A DNA stretch of 41,460 nucleotides from Patescibacteria group bacterium. GTDB taxonomy: Bacteria > Patescibacteriota > Minisyncoccia > Phycocordibacterales > UBA9973. The notes under the pieces were generated by a model, which saw nothing but the letters and a program-made list of their open reading frames with translations, ran no database searches and had not been told where the DNA came from. Both the position numbers and the translations under genes were made by a program. Shown here piece by piece: positions 1 through 10,001 of this stretch; the stretch's first letter is position 1; each line of letters starts with the position of its first letter. The DNA lies in assembly GCA_043818335.1 (NCBI GenBank), contig JBDRFV010000019.1:1-41460 (forward strand), in the 5' to 3' direction.

Positions 1-1527
1 ATGAAATTAACAAAAACTGATTATTTAATATATAAAGACTGTGCTAAAAATGCTTGGTTGAAAATTCACAAGAAAGATATTTATTACGAAAAGCAGTTGT
101 CCGTTTTTGATCAAACCATAATAGAAACTGGAAATGAAGTAGATAAATTAGCACGGGATTTGTTTCCTAATGGAATTGAGGTAGAAGATAGAAATGATTT
201 TTCTGGTACGATGAAGTTGGTTGAAGCTAAAACACCTGTGATTTATCAGCCTGTTTTTGAGACTGATTTGTATAAAATTGTTTGTGATATTTTGGTTTGG
301 AACGAAAAGCAAGAAGTGTATGATTTATATGAAGTAAAAGCTTCTAATAGTGGTGAAAATAAAAAAGCAAAAGATGAATTATATAGTTATGATATAGCTT
401 TTCAGTATTTAGTTATGAAAGAATTAAACATGCCAATTGGTAGATTGAATTTAATTAGATTTAATAATGAATATATTAGAGGGGCTGAATTAGATTTAGA
501 AGAATTATTTATAAAAGAAGATTTTACGGAAAGAGTTTTTGAAATAAGAGATATCGTTGCTCACGAAATGGAAATTGCTCAGGATTTTTTATCTCAAGAA
601 AAAGAGCCATTTGGAAATTGTAAATGCATAACTCGTGGTAGAAGTTCGCATTGTACGACTTTTTCTTATTCAAATCCAAACGTGCCAGATTACAGTGTTC
701 ATGATATTTCACGAATTGGCATGTCTAAGAAAAAATTAGCAGAATTAATAGACAGCAGTATTTTTTTGATAGAAGACGTGCCAGAAGATTTTAAATTAAG
801 CGAAAAACAGAGAAATCAAGTTGAAGCTGTGCAATTAGATAAAGTTTATATAAATAAAGAAGAAATAAGAGAATTTATGAAAAATATAACTTTTCCAATT
901 TCTTTTTTAGATTATGAGACTTTTGCTGCTGGTGTGCCTAGGTTTGCTGGTTTTAGTCCTTTTAATCAAATAACTTTTCAGTTTTCTTTGCACATTTCTG
1001 AAGCCTCGCACGTGGCCGGACTACGGCCGAGGGATGAAAAAACAGAGCCAAGGCATGAAGAATTTATTTATACAGAAGATAAAAATCCAGATGAGCAGTT
1101 TGTTTTAGCTTTGAAAGAAAAATTACCAAATAGTGGAACCGTTATTGTTTGGAATAAAAGTTTTGAAATTGGTAGAAATAAAGATTTGGCAAAAAGAAAT
1201 CCTGAGTATAAAGATTTTCTTGATTCAATAAATACAAGAGTTATAGATCTAATGGATGTTTTTTCTGAACAGCATTATATTCACTCAAAATTTAAAGGAA
1301 AGACTTCTATAAAATATATTTTGCCGGTTCTTGCACCTGAATTGTCTTACAAAGTTTTAGATATTCAAGAAGGCGCGACTGCTTCGGATACTTGGAATAA
1401 AATTGTAAGTGATGAGTTTGATGAAAAAGAAAAGAAAGAAAAAATAGAAAGTTTGAAAACTTACTGCAAATTAGATACTTATGCAATGTATGCGATTTGG
1501 AAGCATTTAATTGATTTATTGGAATAA
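1..1527 (+). CDS. DUF2779-family protein (PD-(D/E)XK-like N-terminal module plus RNase H/exonuclease-like C-terminal module)
   Basis: 508-aa ORF. It has an N-terminal D...E-x-K-like block (CDILVW...YDLYEVKAS), a Cys cluster (CKCITRGRSSHC), then FLDYETF...PFNQITFQFSLH. This matches DUF2779 as I recall it; not searched. Confidence 0.7.
   Translation: MKLTKTDYLIYKDCAKNAWLKIHKKDIYYEKQLSVFDQTIIETGNEVDKLARDLFPNGIEVEDRNDFSGTMKLVEAKTPVIYQPVFETDLYKIVCDILVWNEKQEVYDLYEVKASNSGENKKAKDELYSYDIAFQYLVMKELNMPIGRLNLIRFNNEYIRGAELDLEELFIKEDFTERVFEIRDIVAHEMEIAQDFLSQEKEPFGNCKCITRGRSSHCTTFSYSNPNVPDYSVHDISRIGMSKKKLAELIDSSIFLIEDVPEDFKLSEKQRNQVEAVQLDKVYINKEEIREFMKNITFPISFLDYETFAAGVPRFAGFSPFNQITFQFSLHISEASHVAGLRPRDEKTEPRHEEFIYTEDKNPDEQFVLALKEKLPNSGTVIVWNKSFEIGRNKDLAKRNPEYKDFLDSINTRVIDLMDVFSEQHYIHSKFKGKTSIKYILPVLAPELSYKVLDIQEGATASDTWNKIVSDEFDEKEKKEKIESLKTYCKLDTYAMYAIWKHLIDLLE
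1003..1033. repeat. GC-rich hairpin element inserted in frame in the DUF2779 gene
   Basis: The sequence is GCCTCGCACGTGGCCGGACTACGGCCGAGGG. It contains CCTCG/CGAGG and GGCCG/CGGCC stems and is far more GC-rich than its flanks. It encodes ..EASHVAGLRPRD.. and shares CCTCG and CTACGG blocks with the elements at 21750 and 23020. Confidence 0.6.
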
Positions 1528-1577
1528 AAAAAGGGCTTATTCTATTACGAATAAAACCCTTTGCACCTTTATGGTGC
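1526..1577. terminator. Hairpin pair; intrinsic terminator whose U-tract lies on the minus strand
   Basis: An imperfect stem AAGGGCTTATTC / GAATAAAACCCTT spans 1531-1561. It is preceded on the + strand by A7 (1526-1532), which reads as U7 after the hairpin on the minus strand. A second hairpin GCACC-TTTAT-GGTGC lies at 1563-1577. Confidence 0.5.
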
Positions 1578-1639
1578 CAGTTAACTTTTCTGAACAATAA
1601 TTTTTTGTGTTTGCCGATTAGCGTTGCAATTTTTTCCCA

Positions 1640-1897
1640 AGAGTATTCCAGCTTTTAAATATCTTTAGCTGTTTTCCACTAGGTACTCTGATGCTTCATT
1701 TCCCTAAGTTTCCCTCCTTATCTAATAAGGATGACCGATCTCATTGGTCAGGTTGCCCCATTCGGAAATCTTCGGATCATAAGCTATTAGCGCCTTCCCG
1801 AAGCTTATCGCAGCTGGTCACGTCCTTCATCGTTGCTCTTAGAATCACAAATAATTATCTTTCAGATAATACTTCAAAGAACGAATATAGTTTAACT
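1640..1897 (-). rRNA. 23S rRNA 5'-domain fragment (truncated or interrupted); boundaries approximate
   Basis: The minus strand reads ..CGATGAAGGACGTGACCAGCTGCGATAAGCTTCGGG..TGATCCGAAGATTTCCGAATGGGGCAACC..GGGAAATGAAGCATCAGAGTACC... This matches, from memory, conserved bacterial 23S blocks (E. coli about 45-215: CGATGAAGGACGTGC, GATTTCCGAATGGGGAAACC, GGGAACTGAAACATCTAAGTACC). Similarity fades below about 1660, and the region abuts a protein gene instead of the remaining 2.6 kb of 23S. Confidence 0.6.
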
Positions 1898-2069
1898 ACA
1901 AGTTTATATTAGAAAATTTCAGGCCCATTGTCTAGCCAGCCCAAATAAATGCCGACAAATAAAAACACAGCAGTTATAATTATTAGAAATATAATAGTTT
2001 TTCGCATGTGTATATTATACTCTTTTTGTGATATATTTTAAGTATTAGAATTTAATTTAAATAAAATAT

Positions 2070-2300
2070 ATGGAAAAGAAAATAATACGTAATATTGAGT
2101 TTCATTTTGATAGTAGCACTGATGATGCTAGAAGATGGTTAGAATATGGATTAACGAGTGAGGGTTTTGAAAAACTTTTTAGTAATGTAAAAAAAGGACA
2201 AAAAAATCTGTTTACAGATGGGTATTTTAAAAAATATGATCTGGAGTCTGACAGTGAGGATGAAAGTAAAAAAACTTATAGTGTAAAAAGACATTATTAA
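2070..2300 (+). CDS. hypothetical small protein
   Basis: 76-aa ORF with an acidic C-terminal half. It overlaps the pheS 3' end by 4 nt, tail to tail. No family recognised. Confidence 0.35.
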   Translation: MEKKIIRNIEFHFDSSTDDARRWLEYGLTSEGFEKLFSNVKKGQKNLFTDGYFKKYDLESDSEDESKKTYSVKRHY

Positions 2301-3439
2301 CGAATTTCTGCGTTGAAAGATTTTTTTGTTGCTTCTTCTATTTTTTTATGAAGTTCGTCTATTTCTGTTGAAATTAAAGTTCTATCTAAAGATCTATATG
2401 TAATTCTAAAAGCATAACTTATTTTGTCTACTCCAAATTTTTCCGCATTTTCATATTTATCTAAAAGTTCTACTTGTTCAACTAAATCTGGTGCGTTTTC
2501 TCTAACTAAATCAAAATAATCATTTAGTATAAAAGTTTTTGGAACAACAAAAGAAATATCACGCACTATAGCTGGATACTTACTGACTTCTATAAATTTA
2601 TTTCCGAGCTTTAATTGTTTTTTTACACGTTCGTCATTGGACCAAAGTAATCTAATATCTGGTAGTTCCATAGAAACCATGGCCAATCTTTCAATACCAG
2701 GTCCAAAAGCCCAACCATTCCATTTTTTTGAATTAATACCAAATTTTTCCAATACACTTCCTTTTACAACACCACTACCTAAAACTTCCAGCCATTTTCC
2801 GTTTTTTTCAATTTCCATTTGAAGAGACGGATCGGTGTATGGGAAAGTATCATCAAAAATTTTAATATTAGCACTAGAACCGAAAACTGCTTTTGCTATA
2901 TTTCGTAATTCAGCATCTAGTTCTTCTTTGCCGATTATTTTTTTATCTTTTAGCGCTAAATACCAACCATCAATTTGATGAAAAACATTCATGTGATTTC
3001 TATCAATTTCATCTTTTCGATAAACTTTTCCATATGAAAAACAACCAACTGGTTCTCCACGAGCCATTCGAGCTTTTACATCTTCCTGTTGCAAATAGTA
3101 ATACCACATGACGGTGGTGTGTGTTCGGAGAATATGATTTTCGTCAACATAATAAGTATCAGATTTTGAGCGGGCTGGATGATCTGCAGGAAAATCAAAT
3201 AAATCAAAACTTATATCTGCTGGTACTATTTCCGGCACTTCAATAATATCTAAATCCTTAAATTCTGGTAAATTAGTAACTCTTTCAACAACTTCAGCAA
3301 TTGGACTACCGATAGTGCGAGATAAATCAGGCATAGCTAAATAACGTTTTATTCGCATTGAATCCACATCGTTTCTGGATTCTAAATTTTTTATTATTTT
3401 TTCGTTTTCTGGAAGAGTCACTTTGTAATTTTTCCGCAT
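2297..3439 (-). CDS. pheS: phenylalanine--tRNA ligase, alpha-type catalytic core fused to a C-terminal FDX-ACB anticodon-binding domain (monomeric, mitochondrial-like architecture)
   Basis: PheS class II motifs are present: FPADHPARSKSDTYYV, RTHTT, GWAFGPGIERLAM. The N-terminal coiled coil is missing. The last 95 aa or so (SKYPAIVRDISFVVP...LLDKYE...ISYAFRITYRSLDRTLISTEIDELHKKI...AEIR) fit the FDX-ACB pattern. Confidence 0.9.
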   Translation of the reverse strand: MRKNYKVTLPENEKIIKNLESRNDVDSMRIKRYLAMPDLSRTIGSPIAEVVERVTNLPEFKDLDIIEVPEIVPADISFDLFDFPADHPARSKSDTYYVDENHILRTHTTVMWYYYLQQEDVKARMARGEPVGCFSYGKVYRKDEIDRNHMNVFHQIDGWYLALKDKKIIGKEELDAELRNIAKAVFGSSANIKIFDDTFPYTDPSLQMEIEKNGKWLEVLGSGVVKGSVLEKFGINSKKWNGWAFGPGIERLAMVSMELPDIRLLWSNDERVKKQLKLGNKFIEVSKYPAIVRDISFVVPKTFILNDYFDLVRENAPDLVEQVELLDKYENAEKFGVDKISYAFRITYRSLDRTLISTEIDELHKKIEEATKKSFNAEIR

Positions 3440-3473
3440 CTTTCTAATATAAAGAAAAATTGATCAAAAGTAA

Positions 3474-3546
3474 ACCCAGTAGTGAGTTTTGACGAAGCAC
3501 CTTTGGTGTGCGATGAAATCGCATCGTCAAAATCTACTAACTGGGT
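3474..3546. other. 73-nt imperfect palindrome folding as a three-way junction (structured RNA or palindromic element)
   Basis: The outer stem is ACCCAGT/ACTGGGT, followed by AGT/ACT and TTTTGACGA/TCGTCAAAA. Two inner hairpins are enclosed: GCAC..GTGC and TGCGAT-GAA-ATCGCA. It lies 35 nt upstream of the pheS start, in the divergent pheS/gyrB spacer. Confidence 0.45.
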
Positions 3547-3579
3547 AAAGATTTTTAGATAAAATAAGCCATAAAATAA

Positions 3580-5769
<2,190 letters not shown>

Positions 5770-5771
5770 AA

Positions 5772-7664
5772 TTATTTTTTCTCTTCAATTTCTTTTTTTA
5801 GTTTTTCTATAAAATCTTTAATAGAAATATTTTCTAATTTTTCCCCGCCTGCATCAGCTGTGTTGAAAGCATTGCGGGCAGGAGTTCTAGTTTCTACTGT
5901 TAGTTTTTCAGATTCTTTTTCTTTATCACCAATTACTATTACATACGGAATTTTTTGCATTTTTGCAGTACGAATTTTTTTACCCAAAGATTCATTTGAA
6001 GAATCTAATTCTACTCTAATATTTTCATTTTTTAATTCTTTATAAATTTTTTCTGCATAATCAGTTTGTTTTTCACTTATTGGAAGAATTACAACTTGCA
6101 CAGGTGATAACCAAAGAGGGAAGGCGCCAGCATAATGCTCTATCAAAACTCCCATAAATCTTTCAAACGAACCAAGAATTGCAACATGGAGCACAACTAC
6201 GCGATGTTTTTTGCCGTCTTCGCCTGTATAGTCCATATTAAAATTTTCTGGCTGGTTGAAATCAAGTTGGATTGTAGTTAGTTGCCATTCTCTGCCGATA
6301 GAATCTCTGACTTTTATATCAATCTTTGGTCCATAAAAAGCAGCTTCGCCTTCTTTAATTTCAAAAGGTACACCCCATTTTTTTACTGATTCTTCCAAGA
6401 TAGCTTCAGCTTTTTCCCAAATTTCATCTTTTCCAAAATACGCTTTTTTATTTTTTTTATCTCTAACAGAAATTTCTACTTTATAATTATTGAAACCAAA
6501 AATTTCATAGGTTTCGCGCATTAGACCAAAAATCATTTCAATTTCTGATTCAATTTGGTCTTCAGTAACAAAATGGTGAGTATCATCTTGAGTTATATTT
6601 TTAACACGCAATAATCCAGACAATTCTCCACTTTTTTCATTTCTGTATACAGTTGTATTTTCAGCTATTCTATATGGAAGATCTTTGTAACTATGAAGCT
6701 CAGAATTATAAATTTCAAAATGATGCGGACAGTTCATTGCTTTCATTACAAATTCATCACCGTTTTCATCTTTCATAACTGGCATCATGGCGTCATATTT
6801 TCCCATGTGACCACTTTTTATATAAAGTTCTTTTTTTGCAATATGTGGAATTGTTACAAAAGAATATCCTAGCGCTTCTTTTCTTGAGTAAATAAATCTT
6901 TCTAGCTCGTTTTTTATTATATTTCCTTTTGGTAAAAGCATTGGCAGACCTTTTCCTACTAATTCAGAAATTGTGAATAATTTTAATTCTTTTCCCAATT
7001 TTTTATGATCTCGTTTTTCTGCTTCTTCGCGCATTTTTTCATAATCTTCTAATTCTTTTTTATTTTCAAAAGCTAAACCGTAAATTCTAGTTAGCATTTT
7101 ATTTTTTTCATCTCCACGCCAATATGCACCAGCAACTCTATCTAATTTAAAACTGTCTGGATTTATCTCTTTTGTAGGATTTTCAGAATGTCCACCTCGA
7201 CATAAATCAGTAAACCCCGCCTTTGACGGGGCAAGCTCTCCAAAAGTGTATAAAGTAATTTTTTCCCTAAACGCTTCTTTAGAAGCGTCGGGCGATCCAG
7301 CTTTGCTGGATTTAGCCTCTTTATCTTTTATCTCTTTTATTAATTCTGTTTTGTATTCATTATCAGCGAAATATTTTAGCGCTTCTTTTTGTGTTTTTTC
7401 TGAGACTTTAAAACTTTTCCAGCTTTTCAAAATTTCTCGCATTTTCTTTTCAATTTTTGGCAGATCTTTATCAGAAATAGGGGATTTAAAATCAAAATCA
7501 TAATAAAAGCCATTTTCAATAACTGGGCCGATAGTGACTTTAGTTTCTGGATATAAATTTATTACGGCAGTTGCTAAAAGATGCGCAAGTGTGTGTCTAA
7601 TATTGTGTAGTTTTTCATTTGTTTCCATAAGTTTAATAATATCATATTCTTTTGCTTTTTTCAT
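5772..7664 (-). CDS. thrS: threonine--tRNA ligase (no N-terminal TGS domain)
   Basis: It has the editing-domain HxxxH (HNIRHTLAHLLA), GPVIENGFYYDF, DLCRGGH, a class II core and an anticodon-binding C-terminus (PLWLSPVQVVILPIS). The protein starts directly at the editing domain. Confidence 0.95.
   Translation of the reverse strand: MKKAKEYDIIKLMETNEKLHNIRHTLAHLLATAVINLYPETKVTIGPVIENGFYYDFDFKSPISDKDLPKIEKKMREILKSWKSFKVSEKTQKEALKYFADNEYKTELIKEIKDKEAKSSKAGSPDASKEAFREKITLYTFGELAPSKAGFTDLCRGGHSENPTKEINPDSFKLDRVAGAYWRGDEKNKMLTRIYGLAFENKKELEDYEKMREEAEKRDHKKLGKELKLFTISELVGKGLPMLLPKGNIIKNELERFIYSRKEALGYSFVTIPHIAKKELYIKSGHMGKYDAMMPVMKDENGDEFVMKAMNCPHHFEIYNSELHSYKDLPYRIAENTTVYRNEKSGELSGLLRVKNITQDDTHHFVTEDQIESEIEMIFGLMRETYEIFGFNNYKVEISVRDKKNKKAYFGKDEIWEKAEAILEESVKKWGVPFEIKEGEAAFYGPKIDIKVRDSIGREWQLTTIQLDFNQPENFNMDYTGEDGKKHRVVVLHVAILGSFERFMGVLIEHYAGAFPLWLSPVQVVILPISEKQTDYAEKIYKELKNENIRVELDSSNESLGKKIRTAKMQKIPYVIVIGDKEKESEKLTVETRTPARNAFNTADAGGEKLENISIKDFIEKLKKEIEEKK
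7215..7236. repeat. GC-rich hairpin element in frame in thrS
   Basis: CCCCGCCTTTGACGGGGCAAGC has a CCCCG/CGGGG stem. On the minus strand it encodes the extra ..ELAPSKAG.. just before the conserved FTDLCRGGH. It shares GGGCAAGC with the elements at 22650 and 23020. Confidence 0.6.
7271..7311. repeat. Second GC-rich double-hairpin element in frame in thrS
   Basis: Two perfect 7-bp stems, ACGCTTC-TTTA-GAAGCGT and ATCCAGC-TTTG-CTGGAT, are joined by CGGGCG. It encodes ..SSKAGSPDASKEAF... Confidence 0.55.
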
Positions 7665-7724
7665 GTTAAAGCGTATAATACGATTAAGTAAGTTAAATTA
7701 TTAATAAATTTAGAAATTAAATAT

Positions 7725-8648
7725 ATGGAAAAGAATAAAGGATTTATAGGAATTGGTTTGATAATAGCGATAATCGTTGGTGTTTTGGTAGTCGGTGGTG
7801 GAGCGTATTATATTGGAACAAAAAATGATATTGTTCCTGAAAATATAAATATGGAAGAAAATAATCTTCCGCAAGATAATGTTGTAGATAAAAACACTAT
7901 AACTAACCAACAGACAAAAGACGAACAAGCATCTGTTCCAGAAAAAACAACAGGTCCTAGTTCACCTTGCGCTTCAACAGCTCAACCTTCAATTACGATT
8001 CTTTCTCCAAATGGAGGAGAAACTTATACAGCTGGTCAACAAATTACAATAAAGTGGACAAGTTGCAATCTTCCTTCCACAACACCAGTTGATATTTTAT
8101 TACAGGCTCAATTTTCTTCAGGACCATGGTTCGGCCCTTCTGGTTTGGCAACTTATGGATTACAGTCAACTCATACATTAAATTCTGGATCAACAACAAT
8201 TACTCTTCCAATACAAGGTTCTGGGCAATGGTATGGAAGTGCTACGGATATGACTTATGGCACATATTATAAAATATGGATTTCAGAAGGTACTATAATA
8301 CAAGGTCCTGGTATTAGCGATGTTTCTGATAATTTATTTACAATTCAAACACAAAAAAATCCAATTCTTACTCAAACTCAAGCAGAAAATCTTGTTCTAT
8401 TAAATTGGGGTGGTTGCACCCTAGATACTTGTGGGTCCGTTGTTGTAACAGTTCAACAAAATACTGAAGGACAATATGTTGTGACTGCAATTTACAAAGA
8501 ACTTCGAGATGATTCTATAGGATCACAAAAAAAAGAAGCAATTGTTTTATATCAAAATGGAGTTTGGGTGCTTGGACAACCAACTTTAACATGGGCATGT
8601 CAGTTAAATCGCGGGCATCAAGATTTTAGTACAGTTTTTTGTATTTAA
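7725..8648 (+). CDS. membrane-anchored or secreted surface protein with an SPNGGE...IxW Ig-like module
   Basis: 307 aa with an N-terminal hydrophobic anchor. The conserved block TGPSSPCASTAQPSITILSPNGGETYTAGQQITIKWTSCN is shared with the next gene. Confidence 0.7.
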   Translation: MEKNKGFIGIGLIIAIIVGVLVVGGGAYYIGTKNDIVPENINMEENNLPQDNVVDKNTITNQQTKDEQASVPEKTTGPSSPCASTAQPSITILSPNGGETYTAGQQITIKWTSCNLPSTTPVDILLQAQFSSGPWFGPSGLATYGLQSTHTLNSGSTTITLPIQGSGQWYGSATDMTYGTYYKIWISEGTIIQGPGISDVSDNLFTIQTQKNPILTQTQAENLVLLNWGGCTLDTCGSVVVTVQQNTEGQYVVTAIYKELRDDSIGSQKKEAIVLYQNGVWVLGQPTLTWACQLNRGHQDFSTVFCI

Positions 8649-8676
8649 TTTTATTAATAATTAAAATAAAAAAATT

Positions 8677-9630
8677 ATGAAAAATAACAAAGGTTTTGGA
8701 ATGATAGCAGTATTAATAATAGTTGTTGCATTATTAGCATCAGGTGGAGTTGTGTATTATCTTAATAAAGATTTAAATAAAACTCCTGTAAATTTAGAAG
8801 ATGAAAATGTTTTGTTAGAAGAACAGGAACAGCAAAATGATTCAGAAGAAGTTTCTATTTTAGACGAATCAACTGGACCTAGTTCGCCTTGTGCGTCAAC
8901 GGCTGCGCCTTCAATAACTGTTTTGTCTCCAAATGGGGGAGAAACTTATACTGCGGGACAGCAAATTACAATAAAGTGGACAAGTTGTAACGGTGCTTCA
9001 AATTCTCAAGTAATGATTTCTCTTAAATCATCACAATCAGCTGGAAGTGAGATGGCAACTGTATCTGATTCCGGAATGGCTACTATTACTTTACCAACAG
9101 CATTGTATAGTGGAACAATTCCATTGGTGTCAGGAAAATATTATAAAATTGTTGCTCAATTAGGTGGAAGTGCAATGGGCCACATAGCTCCAACTGACGA
9201 ATCTGATAATTTATTTACAATAAATTCAAATTTGGCAGATGAAGATTGTTCTACATGGTTATCTTTTAATGATTTTGGAAATATTAAATATCCAAGTTGC
9301 TGGATAGCAAGTAATACAAAAGGAGGCAGTTATGGTACTTCCAACTTAACTGTTGGTATGTTATTAAAACCATCAGTAAATAGTCCAACAAGTGACAGTA
9401 TTAGTATTGGAGGATGGCAATACGGTTGTGAAAATGTAAATGTTTCTAGTGGAATGAGTCCAGCAACAAAAGCTTACTGCATACAATCAGAAGGAGGAAA
9501 TATTCCATGGACTGGTCAATATATAACTTCTATAAATCAGAACACTATTTACGGTATTCCAATGGTTACTCATTCAACAAATTCACAAGTGTTGAATATG
9601 TTTGATCAAATAGTTCAACATAATATTTAA
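8677..9630 (+). CDS. paralogous membrane-anchored or secreted surface protein
   Basis: 317 aa with the same N-terminal anchor type and the same 40-aa block (38/40 identical). The rest is divergent. Confidence 0.7.
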   Translation: MKNNKGFGMIAVLIIVVALLASGGVVYYLNKDLNKTPVNLEDENVLLEEQEQQNDSEEVSILDESTGPSSPCASTAAPSITVLSPNGGETYTAGQQITIKWTSCNGASNSQVMISLKSSQSAGSEMATVSDSGMATITLPTALYSGTIPLVSGKYYKIVAQLGGSAMGHIAPTDESDNLFTINSNLADEDCSTWLSFNDFGNIKYPSCWIASNTKGGSYGTSNLTVGMLLKPSVNSPTSDSISIGGWQYGCENVNVSSGMSPATKAYCIQSEGGNIPWTGQYITSINQNTIYGIPMVTHSTNSQVLNMFDQIVQHNI

Positions 9631-9645
9631 TAAAATATAAATTTT

Positions 9646-9673
9646 AAAAAGCCCCAAACGGGGCTTTTTGTTT
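9646..9673 (+). terminator. rho-independent terminator
   Basis: AAAAAGCCCC-AAAC-GGGGCTTTTTGTTT lies 16 nt after the stop at 9630. Confidence 0.85.
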
Positions 9674-9699
9674 GCTTTTTAAGACTAATATGCTAATAT
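9672..9699 (+). promoter_or_regulatory. putative sigma-70 promoter of rpmF
   Basis: TTGCTT-16 nt-TAATAT ends 9 nt before the ATG at 9709. It closely resembles the rpsP promoter at 20996. Confidence 0.4.
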
Positions 9700-9708
9700 A
9701 ATTACATT

Positions 9709-9933
9709 ATGGTAATACGAATGAGGCATACAAAATCGCATACGGCTAACAGGCGTTCACATCATGCGCTTAAAAAAACCGATTTTTCTAAGTGTGAAAA
9801 CTGTAAAGAACCAAAAAAGCGACATACAGTTTGTGCTTCCTGTGGTTTTTATCGTGGAATGAAAGTTTTGGATTTGGTTAAGAAAATAGAAAAGAAACAG
9901 AAGAAAGAAAAAGCGAAAAAAGCAAAAACATAA
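9709..9933 (+). CDS. rpmF: 50S ribosomal protein L32 with Lys-rich C-terminal tail
   Basis: MRHTKSHTANRRSHHAL plus a CENC...CASC zinc ribbon. The start may instead be the ATG at 9721. Confidence 0.85.
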   Translation: MVIRMRHTKSHTANRRSHHALKKTDFSKCENCKEPKKRHTVCASCGFYRGMKVLDLVKKIEKKQKKEKAKKAKT

Positions 9934-9950
9934 AAAACGAAATAAATTAT

Positions 9951-9990
9951 CCGCCTTAAGCTCTTCCCTTTGGGGAGAGTTTGAGAGGGG
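9951..9990. repeat. GC-rich hairpin in the rpmF-nusB spacer
   Basis: CCGCCTTAAGCTCTTCCCTTTGGGGAGAGTTTGAGAGGGG contains an imperfect CTCTTCCC/GGGGAGAG stem and has no U-tract. Its composition resembles the other GC-rich elements. Confidence 0.4.
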
Positions 9991-10001
9991 CAAAATCAAT
10001 C

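Noticed and set aside
1691-1912. 73-aa track ORF on the + strand.
   Set aside because: It lies antisense to the conserved 23S-like sequence. The open frame is best explained by the rRNA fragment, not by coding.
1909-2007. 32-aa hydrophobic minus-strand smORF (MRKTIIFLIIITAVFLFVGIYLGWLDNGPEIF).
   Set aside because: It is short, has no terminator or promoter evidence, and sits where the promoter or leader of the 23S-like fragment would be. Hydrophobic ORFs arise easily in T-rich DNA.
7725-8760. Type IV prepilin signal (KGF at residues 5-7 of both surface proteins).
   Set aside because: The conserved Glu at +5 after the cleavage site and the FTLIE-like core are absent. This is more likely a plain N-terminal membrane anchor.
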